Assembly (NCBI GenBank): GCA_039621445.1
Contig: CP154954.1
Span: 11,960,716 to 12,024,715 of the forward strand
Origin: Euglena gracilis
Lineage: Eukaryota
Length of the DNA stretch: 64,000 nucleotides
Reading direction: 5' to 3'
Below are positions 24,501 to 36,948 of the stretch, one piece after another. Position numbers and translations under genes: made by a program. Position 1 is the first letter of the stretch. The number at the start of each line of letters is the position of its first letter. The notes beneath the pieces were generated by a model. That model ran no database searches, was not told the origin of the DNA, and saw only the letters and a list, made by a program, of their open reading frames with translations.

Positions 24501-25544
24501 CATTTCAAACTCCTCTACAGCAGGCTGGAAAATCCATCAGAGGAAGACGCTTACAACCTGGTGGCTGAAAAAATGCCTGAAACGCAACGCAGAAGCTGCA
24601 TCAGGGAACAGGACCGCAGAAATCAGGACAGACCGACACTGAAACTGAAAGGGGTCACGAACATTACAAACGTCCCAGATGCAATGACGGAAGACGTTCG
24701 TGACCTGGTGGCAGCAACTGTGGGTACAGGTGAGAATTTTCAGGTGGCACGAGACGGACAAAACTTCAGGATCCAACTGCACAGCAGAAGAGCTGCTGAA
24801 CTGCTCCTGATGAAAAACGGTTCAACGCTGCTGACTGGACACAAGCCACAATTCACACAGGTACAGGCCAAACTGACATTGGACGAACTGTTCCAACGGG
24901 TGGAAACCGAACTCAGGTGCCAACAACAGTCAGACTCCCTAGGTAGGGGGTACAACGGCTGGCAGAACCAACCTCGTGAAAACAGATCACGGTCGATGGA
25001 CCGCAGGGGTTACGTCAGGGAAGTCAAGGAGGAGGAGAAAACAAAATCCAGAAGTCGGACACCACCTTCCAGATCCCGACCCAACTCCCCTGGACCTCGA
25101 ACCCCAACACCTGAAAAACCCAGGCCCCCTTCTCCACGCCAGCAGGTGCCCATGGCAGTTTCAGAACAGCCTGGCCAGGGACGGTACACCAACTGGTCAG
25201 ACTGGGGACAGAACGACTGGGGCAAAGGCAAAGGAAAGGGGAAAGGTCAAAACTGGGGTTCAACCCAAAACTGGAACCAGAACCAGAACTGGAATCAGAA
25301 TTACGGCAAAGGCTACGATTCAGGAAAGGGATACAACTCTGGGAAAGGATACGATTCTGGGAAGGGGAGCGGGAAAGGAAAAGGCAAAGGGCAGCCACAG
25401 CCACAGCCAGCAGCAACGAAAACAGAACCACAGACTCAGCAAACCAACTCACAGGAGCCAGCCAACCAGCCACAGGGACAGCCAAAGGCAGAAGCATCTT
25501 CCAGCAACCGCTGGCAGCCAGTTCAAAACGCAGAACGGAAGTGA

Positions 25545-27137
25545 AGGGGCTGCGGCTTGAGGGTAGGGGACGAGAGGGGCGACTCTCTGCAGGCACAACC
25601 GAAACAACAAAACAAAACAAGGGAACCAGGTCCAGAGCCGCAGCAGTCATACACACTGGGTAAGGGAGGTAAGAAAAAACCCCAAAAGAAAAACATCCTG
25701 ACAAAAAAACGACTCCACAGCCCAGAACCGAAACGGGAACAGGTCAGCTGCAGGTTCGGCAGAGCAGCTTCACGGTGGGTGTCTGAAAACTACCACGTGA
25801 AGGAAGAAAAAATGACAGAAATTCTCTCACACTTCGGGGTCCAGCCCCAGCTGGATGCCTTTGCAACGGAAAAAAACAAAAGATTCCCGCAATGGTTCGG
25901 ATCTGGCAGCCCTGAGGGCACAGACGCCTTTGAAAAAAACTGGCACGGAAAACTGCTGTGGATGAACCCCCCATTCAGCAAAATTTCACAGGTGGTGAAA
26001 AAAATTCAAACAGACGAGGCCCATGCACTCCTCATGGTACCCAGATGGGTTCACAGAAAATGGTACGGAGAAATCAAAAAACTGGCAGTGATGTCAATGT
26101 TCATCCCAGCGGGAACAAAACTGTTCGGACAGGGTGACAAGAACTGCAGGAATACACCGTGGCATGTGGAAGTGTTTTTGGTATGCGGACACAAAACACG
26201 GTGCAAGTACCTACCAGGTTTCCACAAACACTTCACCCCCCTACATCCGACATCCAAGGTGAGGTTCGGCACAGCCCACGAGTACCCGCCAGTGGAGGAC
26301 GAGGTGGAGGGTGGTGAACAAAAAACCGACCTGGGGACAGAAAAACCACAGAAACACATCAGAAAACTGCAGGAGGCAGCCACAGCGACACCAGAACGGG
26401 CCACAGCAGAAAAACCAAAACCAAAAATGCTGGACCTGTTCTGTGGAACAAAATCGGTCAGCAAGGTGTATGAAAAAATGGGTTTCCAGGTGGTGACGGT
26501 GGATTCAGACCCCAGGTGGAAAGCGGATTACCAGGTGGACGTGCTGGACTGGGATTTCAGAAAACATTTCAAACCTGGTGAATTCCACACGGTGGTGTGT
26601 GGGGTTCCCTGCACAGAATTCAGCATTGCCCTGACGACAAGACCCAGAAACCTGGAAAAGGGAGACAGCCTTGCAAAGAAAGCCCTGGAAATTGTGGAAT
26701 TTCTGCAGCCGCAGAAATGGTGGTTGGAAAACCCAAGGTACGGATACCTGGGAAAACGAGATTACATGAAACCGTACCCGTACATTGACGTGGATTACTG
26801 TCAATACACAGACTGGGGCTACAAAAAACCAACACGAATCTGGGGCAGCCCCGACATCCTGCAGGTACCAGCCAAACGGTGTGACGGGAAAACGTGCAAG
26901 AACCTGGACCCAAACGGTGGAGGTCACCTGGTGAAACTCAGCAACAAACACAACATTCCAGCCTTCAAGAAATTCAGGATCCCAGAACAACTGATTCAGG
27001 ACCTGGCGGGGTTCCACGAACGGCTACGGCAAACCAGCCAAGCCCAGGCCGCGCAGCAACAACCGCTGCAGCAGCCCAGCCCTGCCCAGACTGCACGACA
27101 AAACATGCTCTCACAGTCCAGCCCAGCCCAGAACTGA
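25545..27137 (+). CDS. Dam-like N6-adenine MTase plus C5-cytosine MTase, copy 2
   Basis: Same motifs as copy 1 (NPPF; LDLFCG, PC, ENP), all intact; same frame as gag after TGA 25542-25544. Confidence 0.9.
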   Translation, partial: RGCGLRVGDERGDSLQAQPKQQNKTREPGPEPQQSYTLGKGGKKKPQKKNILTKKRLHSPEPKREQVSCRFGRAASRWVSENYHVKEEKMTEILSHFGVQPQLDAFATEKNKRFPQWFGSGSPEGTDAFEKNWHGKLLWMNPPFSKISQVVKKIQTDEAHALLMVPRWVHRKWYGEIKKLAVMSMFIPAGTKLFGQGDKNCRNTPWHVEVFLVCGHKTRCKYLPGFHKHFTPLHPTSKVRFGTAHEYPPVEDEVEGGEQKTDLGTEKPQKHIRKLQEAATATPERATAEKPKPKMLDLFCGTKSVSKVYEKMGFQVVTVDSDPRWKADYQVDVLDWDFRKHFKPGEFHTVVCGVPCTEFSIALTTRPRNLEKGDSLAKKALEIVEFLQPQKWWLENPRYGYLGKRDYMKPYPYIDVDYCQYTDWGYKKPTRIWGSPDILQVPAKRCDGKTCKNLDPNGGGHLVKLSNKHNIPAFKKFRIPEQLIQDLAGFHERLRQTSQAQAAQQQPLQQPSPAQTARQNMLSQSSPAQN

Positions 27138-29660
27138 CAGGTCGACAGCCAAACTCAGATTCAACTGACAAAACAGAACCAGACCAAAACATTCGGCTTC
27201 CAAAACGACTGTGTGAACCGGTGTCCAAACTCCTGCTGGGGCAGGTCATCAGCAGAAAGAAGGCTAAACAACTCCTCATCGAAGTCCGTGCTGTGTTGCC
27301 GGACGGCAAAAAAATGTTCCTACAGGCCCTGATCGACACGGGAGCACAGGCAAACCTGGTGAAAAAGAACCTGATTCCCCAACAAAATTTCAGACGTTCA
27401 CAAAAACCCTTGGCACTGATCACAGCGGACGGAACAAGGATGGAAGGAGGACTACACGAAGTTACACTGGAACTGCAGTTTTCATCACGGGTGCACAACA
27501 CGGACAGAACAAGGGAATGGTCCACCATTGGAACATTCCATGACGCCGACATCCAAGTGGATGCCATCCTCGGGTATCCGTGGATGGAACAACACCAAGT
27601 AAGGGTTTTTCCACACCTACAATCACTGGCCCTCATAGGTGAACCACTGCGGCTGCTGTCCAGTTGGCACCAGCTGAAGGAACAAAAGCACAGGGAACGG
27701 AAAATACACCAACTCCAGAAAAATATTTCGGCAGTGCGGGCAATGAATTTGCAGATCCCTGCTGAAGCGGGCCAGGACGAGGAAAAACTGTTTGAAGACG
27801 AAACAACACTGGAAACACTGGCAAAACAACTTCAGAAATCGGCAAATAAATCTGACAGGGTTCACGGTGTTGTGGTGGTGCCAGAAGGACAGGAAACACA
27901 AGGCGAAAGGGTGGCTGAATTGGTGAAAAAACTGCGGCAGGACTATGAAGGAGTGGTCTTGCGAGACAAAATTTACCCAGACCCCCCAGAACGCGGACCA
28001 CTGGGTTATGGGAAAATCGAACTGAAGCCTGGAACAGTGGCGAAAAAGCAAAGACCCATCCACATGACAGGAGAACGCCGACAGGCACTCATCGACATGG
28101 TGGACGAATGGGTTAGGGACCTGAAAGACGCCTTCCACCAGGTGCCACTGAGAACAGAGTCCAGACCCTACACCTGCTGCAGCACACCTAAGGGAACAAA
28201 ACAGTGGAGAGTGGTGGTCATGGGAATGAAAAATGGTGTACCGATTTTCCAGAGGGTGATCGAGTACAGCCTGGAGGAGGTACAGGACATTGCAAACCCC
28301 TACGTGGACGACATCATCGTAGGAACCATGTGGCAGGGAACTGAAGACAAAACCCTCGAACAACACGACAAGGACATCAGAAGGGTGATGGAGGCACTGA
28401 AAAAACAGCAGCACGTGGCAGACATCAAGAAATGCAAATTTTTTGTGAAAGAGGTTGACTCTGTGGACACGTGCTGGGTGGTGGACAACGGAAACCCGCA
28501 CCTGGGAAACTGATGGCCTTGGAAAGATGGGAGGAACCGAAAACGGTCACAGCCCTACGGGCATTCCTGGGATTCACAAACTATTATGCCTCATACATCC
28601 CAGGGTATGCGGAATTGGCTGCAGACCTGATGGAAAAACTGAAGGTAAAAAAAGGACAGGGGAAGAAAGGAAGCCTGACACCTGTGTTTTTCGGTGAAAA
28701 GGAACAAACAGCCTTCCAGACCATCAAAGAAAAACTGCTCGGAAGCCTGAAACTGCAAACGGTGAACCCGGACAAACCATTCATACTCAGGGTGGATGCA
28801 AGTGGCAGAGCCGTAGGTGCGGCTCTGGAACAATTTGCGGAGGACACAGCAGAAAAGCCAGACCCAACAACAGCCATGACCAAAAAAACAGTACCCGTAG
28901 GTTTCTGTTCACGAAAACTGACACCTGGGCAGGTTCGCTCGTGGTCTCCTAGGGAGAAGGAGACCTACGCAGTGATCGTGGCTCTGCAAAAATGGGCTTC
29001 CTGGATAGGAATGCAACCGGTACTGGTGTTGACGGACCACAAGTCCATTGAGGCATGGGCAACGGAGGCGCTGGACACCCCCAGTGGACCAGCTGGACGT
29101 AGGGCTAGGTGGCACGAACTGCTTTCGCGGTTCGACAAATAACCGTTGCATACGTACCAGGCAAAGACAACACGGTCGCCGATGCCTTGAGTAGGTGGGC
29201 CTACCCCGCCTCACAGGCATTCGCCGACGTGAGTATCCACGGGAGTGAGGAGGACGACCGACTCATGAAAGAAATCATCAAACAGGAGGAAAAGGAACAG
29301 AAAACGTGTATGGTGATCAACGTGGCAGACCTGACACAGGCACAAAAACAACTTCAAGAACCCGTCACTGTGGCCGTCACAACAAGGGGGGGAGCCAAAA
29401 CGGGTGAAGATTCGCCCACAGTGCCTGGTTCAACGGAAAACGGTGACACCCCTCAAAAAATTTCAAACCCACCTCAAAAACCAGCAAAAACGACAAAGAA
29501 ATGGGTTGTGAAGGAAACGACTGTGGTGGAACCAAGCAAAAAACTGCCAGGAGCAACCCCAAGGGAGACCACGGATGAGGCAGGAAACCTTAACCCGACC
29601 AGACCAACACAAAAACAAAACCCCAGAAAATTCAAACACGGCCGAGGGACCATCCACTGA
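27060..29660 (+). pseudogene. pol: Pol (PR, RT, RNase H), copy 2, with internal deletion and frameshifts
   Basis: ALIDTGA; VRDLK|DAFHQ junction lacks 64 codons; YVDD; frameshifts near 28458, 29138, 29590. Confidence 0.9.
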
Positions 29661-31317
29661 GGAAGACCCACCAAGGCGAAGACCCCTGGAAGAGGACCCT
29701 GTGGAACCCCTAACAACAACAGACTCAACAAAACAACAGGACGCGCAAGGTGCGTCATCCTCAACGGGGACACCCGTTGGACCTCCATCAAGGGGAGTGC
29801 ACGCCCCGGAGCTTCAACAGGGGGAACCGAAAGGGGTGATGGACAGGGAATGGAAGAACGAGTACGAAAGTTGCCCAAGGTGGGGACCTGTGCTCAAGAA
29901 CCTGAAGGAAACGGGGTTCAAAAACTGGCCTGACGGGTACCGATTCGACAACGGCAGGCTCTACAAAAACGGTCTCCTGTGTGTACCAAGTGGGTTGATT
30001 GGAAACGTAATTCGGGAACATCACGAAACAGCCGGGCACCCAGGGTCAGCCCGACTGTGGGACCAGATGGGAAGGTGGTTTGCGTTTGCGGACCACCAGG
30101 ATGCAAAAAAACTGACAGGCAAAATGATGACCATGTGTGAAACCTGCCAAGCAACAGAACCCAGCCACTTACCATACAAGTGCCCAATTGAACCGACACC
30201 GATTCCTGCACACCTGATGGACAGTGTTGCTATCGATTTGTTCTCACTACCTGAAACGACTTTTGAAGGGAAAAAATACGACACGTTGGCGTTGTGTGTG
30301 GACAGGCTGAGTGGGTGGATGGTTGCAACCCCCCACCTGGCCAAGGGACTCACAGCAGAAAAGGTTGGAAAGGAAATGTACAAACAGTTGGGAATTTTTG
30401 GGATACCCTCGGTGGTGAGCTCCGACCGGGGCTCCCACTTCACAGCCGGTTGGTGGAAAACACTGTGTGCTGCCCACGGGGTCCGTGTGGCGTACGGGCA
30501 GGCATACCACCACCAAGCCAACGGACGGGCTGAGGTAGCGGGTCAACAAGTCCTCCGAAAACTGGCAAAACTGGCTGCTGAAAAAGGGGTACCCTGGGTT
30601 GAACTCCTACCGAACGCCTTGAGGGCCCTACACGACGTCCCAGGTGAAACGGGATTGTCACTGTACGAAATTGTGTTTGGCAGGCACAGACCGTTGGCGG
30701 GATTGCCATACCAACCACAAAAGGAAGCGGAAGGGGCCACAACGTTCTTGGAAAGGATGAAAGAACAAGACCAGTGGGTGAGCCTGGTCCTGAACGAAAA
30801 ACAGCGTGAACAAGCTGAAACGGTGAACCAAAAACGCAGAGAACCACCTGCCTTGGAAATCGGTTCCAAAGTCCGGTATCAACCCGAAAGACAACCCGGC
30901 ACCGACAAACTCGAACCGAAGTGGAAAGGACCTGCGGTGGTGTTGGAACGGGTTGGACAACACTCCTACGTGGTTGAACTACGACCTGGGAACCGACAAC
31001 CTGCCCACCGTTCACAACTCAAACCCCACGTGGAGGACCTCTACAACGCAACCCCTGTTCCCCTCTACTTTTGGTCGGGCAAGGCACAGGAGTTGGAGGT
31101 CGGACCTGACGAATGGGAGGTTGACAAAGTGCTGAACCACCGCAGAAAAGACGGAAAACTTCAGTTTTTGATTCAGTGGAAAAACTGGGACCCATCTGAT
31201 ACTCAGTGGGAACCCCTGAACCACTTCTTCCTCGGAACAAACAAGGATGTGGTCCAATATTGCAAGAAACGGGACCTGGCTGTGGATGTGAGAGAGTTGC
31301 TCGATGGGATGGAGTGA
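29575..31317 (+). CDS. Integrase with intact C-terminal chromodomain, copy 2
   Basis: HHCC, DDE, WKGP, then EWEVDKVLNHRRKDGKLQFLIQWKNWDPSDTQWEP. Confidence 0.92.
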   Translation: MRQETLTRPDQHKNKTPENSNTAEGPSTEEDPPRRRPLEEDPVEPLTTTDSTKQQDAQGASSSTGTPVGPPSRGVHAPELQQGEPKGVMDREWKNEYESCPRWGPVLKNLKETGFKNWPDGYRFDNGRLYKNGLLCVPSGLIGNVIREHHETAGHPGSARLWDQMGRWFAFADHQDAKKLTGKMMTMCETCQATEPSHLPYKCPIEPTPIPAHLMDSVAIDLFSLPETTFEGKKYDTLALCVDRLSGWMVATPHLAKGLTAEKVGKEMYKQLGIFGIPSVVSSDRGSHFTAGWWKTLCAAHGVRVAYGQAYHHQANGRAEVAGQQVLRKLAKLAAEKGVPWVELLPNALRALHDVPGETGLSLYEIVFGRHRPLAGLPYQPQKEAEGATTFLERMKEQDQWVSLVLNEKQREQAETVNQKRREPPALEIGSKVRYQPERQPGTDKLEPKWKGPAVVLERVGQHSYVVELRPGNRQPAHRSQLKPHVEDLYNATPVPLYFWSGKAQELEVGPDEWEVDKVLNHRRKDGKLQFLIQWKNWDPSDTQWEPLNHFFLGTNKDVVQYCKKRDLAVDVRELLDGME

Positions 31318-33040
31318 CACATGTCGCATACCCCTGCACTCTCTCACAGATGCCGCCACGTCGCCACCCCAACCTTACCACCCACACCAACCTCGACCAG
31401 TCCCCTTCACCATCCCGACAATACTACCCCCACCCCTACGTGCCCTTGAGGCCCAACTTCCTTCCCCCCTATGCCTCCGAATTTCAACACCAACGCAAAC
31501 GAGGCCACCCCCACCACCATACCGCCACCCACCGCCATACCAACCCCCACGACAACCCTCACCTCAACCCCCTCACGAGCCCCCACAGCCACCCCCACAG
31601 CGGAGCCCCAGCCCGAACCCCCCACAGCCGGAGCCACCGAGCCCTCCGCGGCGGCGGAGACGCTCAGTTTGCTCCAGCCTGGCCAGCTTCCGGGGGGTAT
31701 CGCTGCCCCTGGACAGCCCCCCAGCAACACCCCCCCACAGTCCGCGACCCCCTCACCGCAGCCCAAGCCCCCCACCGACGACAACCTCCCCAAGAAACAG
31801 TGGTGGGTAGCGGAGCTGCTGGACCTGTGACGGGTGAACCCCCCTCGCAAGGCGCGGGTGCCCCCACGGGCCCCGCATGTATACTCAGAGCCTTGCGGTG
31901 GGACCCGAAAACACTTGACAAACCTGAAAGAGACTTCACGACCGAACTTCCGAGCTGATTTACGACCCTGACCGAATTCTCAAGCTGCACACCCAAGTCC
32001 GACATGAACCTGTACACCACTGACAAAACCTGCCTGACTGAAAACGACAAAACGGGCTTGGGCAGCCCCCTGGCCAGCCCACCTGAACCTGAACCGCTGG
32101 CCAGCTCAACTCGAACCAGCCCAACGGACCTGAACAAGACCCGACCCGACCCGAATTCACTGACCTCAAGTACCTCTCTTCTGCCAATCAATCCATTCTT
32201 CAACTCTTCATCGTTGTTGTTGTGGGTTGGGACCCCCCCCCCGTGGAGAACGAACCTTCCCCCCTGGACTTGGCCAGCCTACCTGTAAAAAAAACAACAA
32301 AACACAGCCCCCAACCCCAACCGTAGCAGCCAGCCAAATCTGGGCAAACGGTGGAAGGGGAACCTGACTTTGACCAAAAAACACGGCCTGGCCGACCCCG
32401 GGCCACCGGCCTGGGGGGGGGGGGGCGAGGGCCCTCCACAGCACCTGACCTCGCACAAACCAGCCTACGCCCCAGAAAAAAAAAACAAAAATACAAAAAA
32501 AACATTGACCCAGCCTGAATTTTAACCGAAACCCAGCCTGCACCTGACTTTTATTAAAATTCGTCCCCGGCCGGAGCCTGACCGCTTGGCCTGGGGGGGG
32601 GGGGCTGGAAGGCCCCAGCTGGACCCACCCCCCACCGAACGGACACCAACCCCAGACAGCGAATTGGCTAACCGAACAGAAAACGGCTGTCTAGGACCCT
32701 GACCGTGACAAAACAACTCACCTGACCTGGGAATAAGAATTTCCTGAAAATTTTAACCGTAGCTGGCGCTTGGTTCACAACGACGCCTGCCCCCCCCCCA
32801 ACGACAAACAGCCCTAGGCGGGCTGGGGGGGGGACAACACACCAGACCCCGCACAGACCCAACTGTCAAAGGAGAAAATTTCACTCAGCCCCCCGGCCAT
32901 AAAACGAACCTGAACGGCACAGCCCCCTGAGGGGGGGGGACCCTGAACCACAACGGTCCCCTCGCTCGCCCCCTCCTCACAACGAGTGCATTCCGCACCC
33001 CTTCCCTTTGGAGTCGTGAAGAGTTGTAAACAACTCCTTC

Positions 33041-33051
33041 GGGAAGGGGAG
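33041..33051 (+). promoter_or_regulatory. Polypurine tract, copy 2
   Basis: GGGAAGGGGAG before the 3' LTR. Confidence 0.85.
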
Positions 33052-33521
33052 TGTGAGTCAGGGGTGCTGTGTGCCCAAAACAACATAACCTAACCCAACC
33101 CAACCTGATGACTCTGCAGTTAGGATTAGGAAAATCTTATTAGGAATTTGAATTGCTGACCCCATTGTCCCTGCACAGGGCTCTGTCTTGTTTTTGTCTG
33201 TTTCAAGTTCAAGAATTGAAAATATCTTGGTGGCAATTATCATTCTTACCTGGACTCTACGTACTTTTGGTTTTGGATCGGTGTGGTGTATTTGCTGAAT
33301 TGCTTGTATTGTGCTGTTGGACTTGTGGATTTTTTTCAAAGGAAAGCCAACCAACCTACCTGTTTTCATTAAAAAGACCCACCAAAACAAAAGAAAATGC
33401 AATTTTTGAAACAAGCCGCGAGGGGAATTGAAATCACCCTGGGCAGGGTAAAAGATCCTACGCAACGGGGTGCCGGCCCCGAGGAACTGGAAACTCCAGG
33501 GCGGGTACCACGGATACAACA
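33052..33521 (+). repeat. 3' LTR of copy 2
   Basis: Direct repeat of 20747-21216, TG...CA termini. Confidence 0.95.
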
Positions 33522-35230
33522 TCTAGCAAGTCTAGCTAGCCCCTGGGCTCTCCAACAAATTTCATTATTCCAGACCCTAGACCCCTCACCCCTCGAACCT
33601 GACCGGTGCGGTTGGCTCGCAACCCGACAGGGAGGCCCCGCGGGACCCCCCCCCCAGTGCCTGGGCTCCGGGGGGTTCAGGTTCCAACCAAAAGGGCCAG
33701 CCTTCGCCTGGCCAGGGGCGGGGGGTCTTACATGGGGTGGGTCTGATATGGGGGGGGGGGCATGGTAGTGGAAAATGAGAGAGGCCATTCACCCCCAACC
33801 ATCAAAACGGTGAAGTTCACTGGTGAACTCGGCGGTGAAGTTCACGGCCGAAAGCACCGCCCCCCCCCCCCGGTGAACTTCACCAGTGAAGTTCACTGAC
33901 AGGGTCCACAACCCCCCCACGTACTGCCTAACCTCCTTTGTGAAGGGTGTGGCGTATTGTGACATCCACTGCCACGGGGCCACCGCTGTCCAAGCGGTTT
34001 GAAGAGTTCAGGGGAGTAAGGCTATGTACAGAGGCAACAGTCTGTGCACGCTGGTGGAGGGAGGGAAGGTAAAGGGGACGAGCTTAGAGAATAGTAGAAG
34101 GCGCGAGGTGAGGCCGCTGTTGATCAGCTTCCGGTGTTCTTCGGCCACGCGAGTCAGAGTGGTTGGGCAGGCAATGGGGAGGTGGCAGGGCTCGGTGCCG
34201 TTTAAGGTGGGTGTTGATGACGGGGCCGGTGATTCCGTTTTCCGCTGTCTTTCGCGCCCTGCGGCTCCTCGGGGGCGTCGTTGAGGCTCCGACGTGCTGC
34301 GTTGGTGGCGTGGCGGGTGTGGAGTCCTGCTTGCTTTGGCTGCTCTGTAGAGGTCAACTGCGGTAGTTGTTTGTCGAAGTCCACTTCAGGAGACGGTATG
34401 TGAGCATCTTCCCAACGAATTGTTTCCTCCAGCGCACCTCAGTTTGTTGTACTGACAGGCCTTATGGGTAGCATTGCGACGTAATTTACAAATGTAAGTT
34501 TCGCGTGTAACTTACAGGTAACTTACAGCGTAATTTATTTTTAAATTACGGTCGTGTAATTTTTGTTTTGCGTCCTTCTGGAATTTGGGATTGCCTATGT
34601 TTTTTCTTTGTTCAAAAACGTGGTCGTTTAATGGAGACAAGGCACAGGGGGGGGAGGGGGGGTCCGAGGGGGGGGTTGGAAGCTGTATAGGGGGGGGGGT
34701 CCCCAGAAAATCACAACTGTACTGCCTACCCCCGAGACAGTTGCAACATTTTTTGTCCAATTGAGGTTGGCAATGATGGATTTTGCGAAATTCAGATGCA
34801 TTTTGCGAAATATTTGTCTCTTGTAAAAAGAATGGTAGCCAGTGTTTTCACTTTAAACACTCAGCAGAAAGGCAGGAAGCAGCTTCAATCACTCCCCCTT
34901 GGCACACCATGCGTAATTGAGCTAAGGTTGACGTTTTTTTGTTTTTCAACAAAGAACAAAAAATATTTTTTTTTCAAAAAAAACACAAAAAAACTGTCCT
35001 TTTTCCTTGCGAAATGGCCATTTTTTGAGGAAAAAGGTCATTTTTTTGGTCATTAAAAGTGAGGTTTTTTTTAGTTTTTCCAGACACTTGATCCAGCACC
35101 CTTTACGACTACGAAGCTGTAGAGATGAAAAAAGGACCTTTTTTCTAAAAAAAACAAGTTTCAAAAAAATTACCCCAAACCCTCCATGAGGTTTTTTTTT
35201 AAGGGGGTACTACTATTTTTCTTAGGGGTA

Positions 35231-35520
35231 CATGGGTCATGATGGCCATCATGGGGCCTGATGGCCATCATGGGTCATGATGGCCATCATGGGGCCTGAT
35301 GGCCATCATGGGTCGTGATGGCCATCATGGGTCATGATGGGCATCATGGGTCGTGATGGCCATCATTGGCCATGATTGGCATCATGGGTCATGATGGGCA
35401 TCATTGGTCATGATGGGCGTCATGGGGCATGATGGGCATCATTGGTCATGATGGCCATCATGGGTCATGATGGCCATCATGGGTCATGATGGGCATCATG
35501 GGTCATGCTGGCCATCATGG
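35231..35520. repeat. 19-bp minisatellite (about 15 units), consensus GATGGCCATCATGGGTCAT
   Basis: GATGGCCATC recurs at 35241, 35260, 35279 and onward; adjacent units form the palindrome CATGATGGCCATCATG. Confidence 0.9.
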
Positions 35521-36494
35521 CCCCGAGGGGGGGAGGGGGGGTTCGGGGGGGGTTTCCCCCACGGGTAAGCTTCGCTCTTACCCATAAAGGGATAAGGGCT
35601 CAGAGACCCCCCCATATAAGACCCCCCCTCGAAGGTTAGGCAGGGGTGGGGGGGGGGGTTGGGGGCTTCGCCCCTAAAGGAATTTCAATGGAGAAACTTC
35701 ACCGGTGAAGTTCACCGGTGAAGTTCACCGCCATGTATTTCCAATGAAGACGGGGGGGTGGGGGGGGTCCCGCCCGAAAAACCCAAAGTTCACTGCCTGA
35801 TCTCCCTCGGGAGCCAAAATCCCAGGGGGGGTCTTATATGGGGGGGCATGGTAATTACGGTTGTCAGCCCCGTTGCACAACTTTTTTGTTTTCCCCGTGA
35901 CCCGAGAATCGATCCTTCGCCATTCTTTTTTTAAAGCATTTTTTTAAAAAAACAATGAACTTTCATGCATCCGCCCAATGCACCTTCATACCCAAAAATG
36001 GCCAAAAAACTTTTCCTTTGAAAGAAGTGCCAAAAACTGGTGCATTTCCCCACCCAAAACGGAATTTTCTCAAAAATGGCCCAAAAAAACTTCATCCCAA
36101 AGACGTGTTGGTCAAGAAAATCCTAACAAAATTCCCTTTCAAAAAAATGACCAATTTTATCACGATGCAACGTCATGGATGTTGCCTCCCGGCCACCTGC
36201 AAAGTGGCATACTTCCCCCGTGACCCCCCCCCCGCCCCGTGACCCCCCCCATGACCCCCCCCCCGCGACCCGCACCACCCCCTTAAAAAAAGCATGTTTT
36301 TTTGTTTCAAAAACAACAACCCGTTTTTTAATATTTTTTTTTCATCTGTCTCGGGGGGGGTTGGAAGTGGGGGGGGAGGGGGGGGTCCCGGGAGGGGGGG
36401 GGTTGGAACTGTACAGGGGGGGAGGGGGGGTCCCAAGGTTTGACCAACTGTACTGCCTTGTCCCCAAATGTAAAAGCAGCTCTTAGAATCACAA

Positions 36495-36563
36495 GGCGAG
36501 TGGCATAGTGGTACAGCGTTTGTCTGTCAACCGTGTGGTCGTGGGTTCGATTCCCACCTCGTC
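36495..36563 (+). pseudogene. tRNA-like relic or tRNA-derived SINE head (GTC at the anticodon position)
   Basis: A-box TGGCATAGTGG, T-arm GTGGG-TTCGATT-CCCAC, acceptor GGCGAG/CTCGTC, T6 terminator; anticodon stem does not pair. Confidence 0.6.
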
Positions 36564-36948
36564 TTTTTTGGTTCCACTTTTGTGGTAAAAATCGCCCCCC
36601 CTATTTTGGTTTTGTTTTTTAACCACCCACCCCTATTTCATTTTTTTTCACCCCCCCCCCCACTGGCTGTAGGGCTGTTTCGATTAATCGATAATCGATT
36701 AACCGTTCGTCATCGCCGATTAATCGAATCGTTCGACCCATGGCGATTAATCGTTCATTGTGGACATAAACCACAATAGGCACAATATTTGTTGAAATCA
36801 ACAAAAATTAGTGGGGTAGTCAATCAGATAGCACACTGCTGCTGGTACACCATGAAAACGGTTGTTAAAAGTGGCCAATGAGTCACCGAACGTGCCCGTG
36901 AAACATCGCGCGATTCTGATTAAGATACAGCAGTTCCTAATAAGCTTC

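Larger units (their letters stand above)
21092..25544 (+). pseudogene. gag: Gag-like polyprotein, copy 2 (frameshifted)
   Basis: ORFs 21092-23488, 23551-24270 and 24387-25544 join through small indels (~23190, ~24245); start is either the ATG inside the LTR (21092) or 21317. Confidence 0.75.
20747..33521 (+). mobile_element. Ty3/Gypsy chromodomain LTR retrotransposon with dual DNA MTases, copy 2, LTR to LTR (12.8 kb), defective
   Basis: Two 470-bp LTRs differing at about 4 positions by eye, PBS, PPT, full domain set; several frameshifts and a 192-bp RT deletion; no TSD (left CATCC, right TCTAG). Confidence 0.95.

Noticed and set aside
35231-35520. CRISPR-like array
   Set aside because: Contiguous 19-bp units with no unique spacers and no cas genes; eukaryotic context
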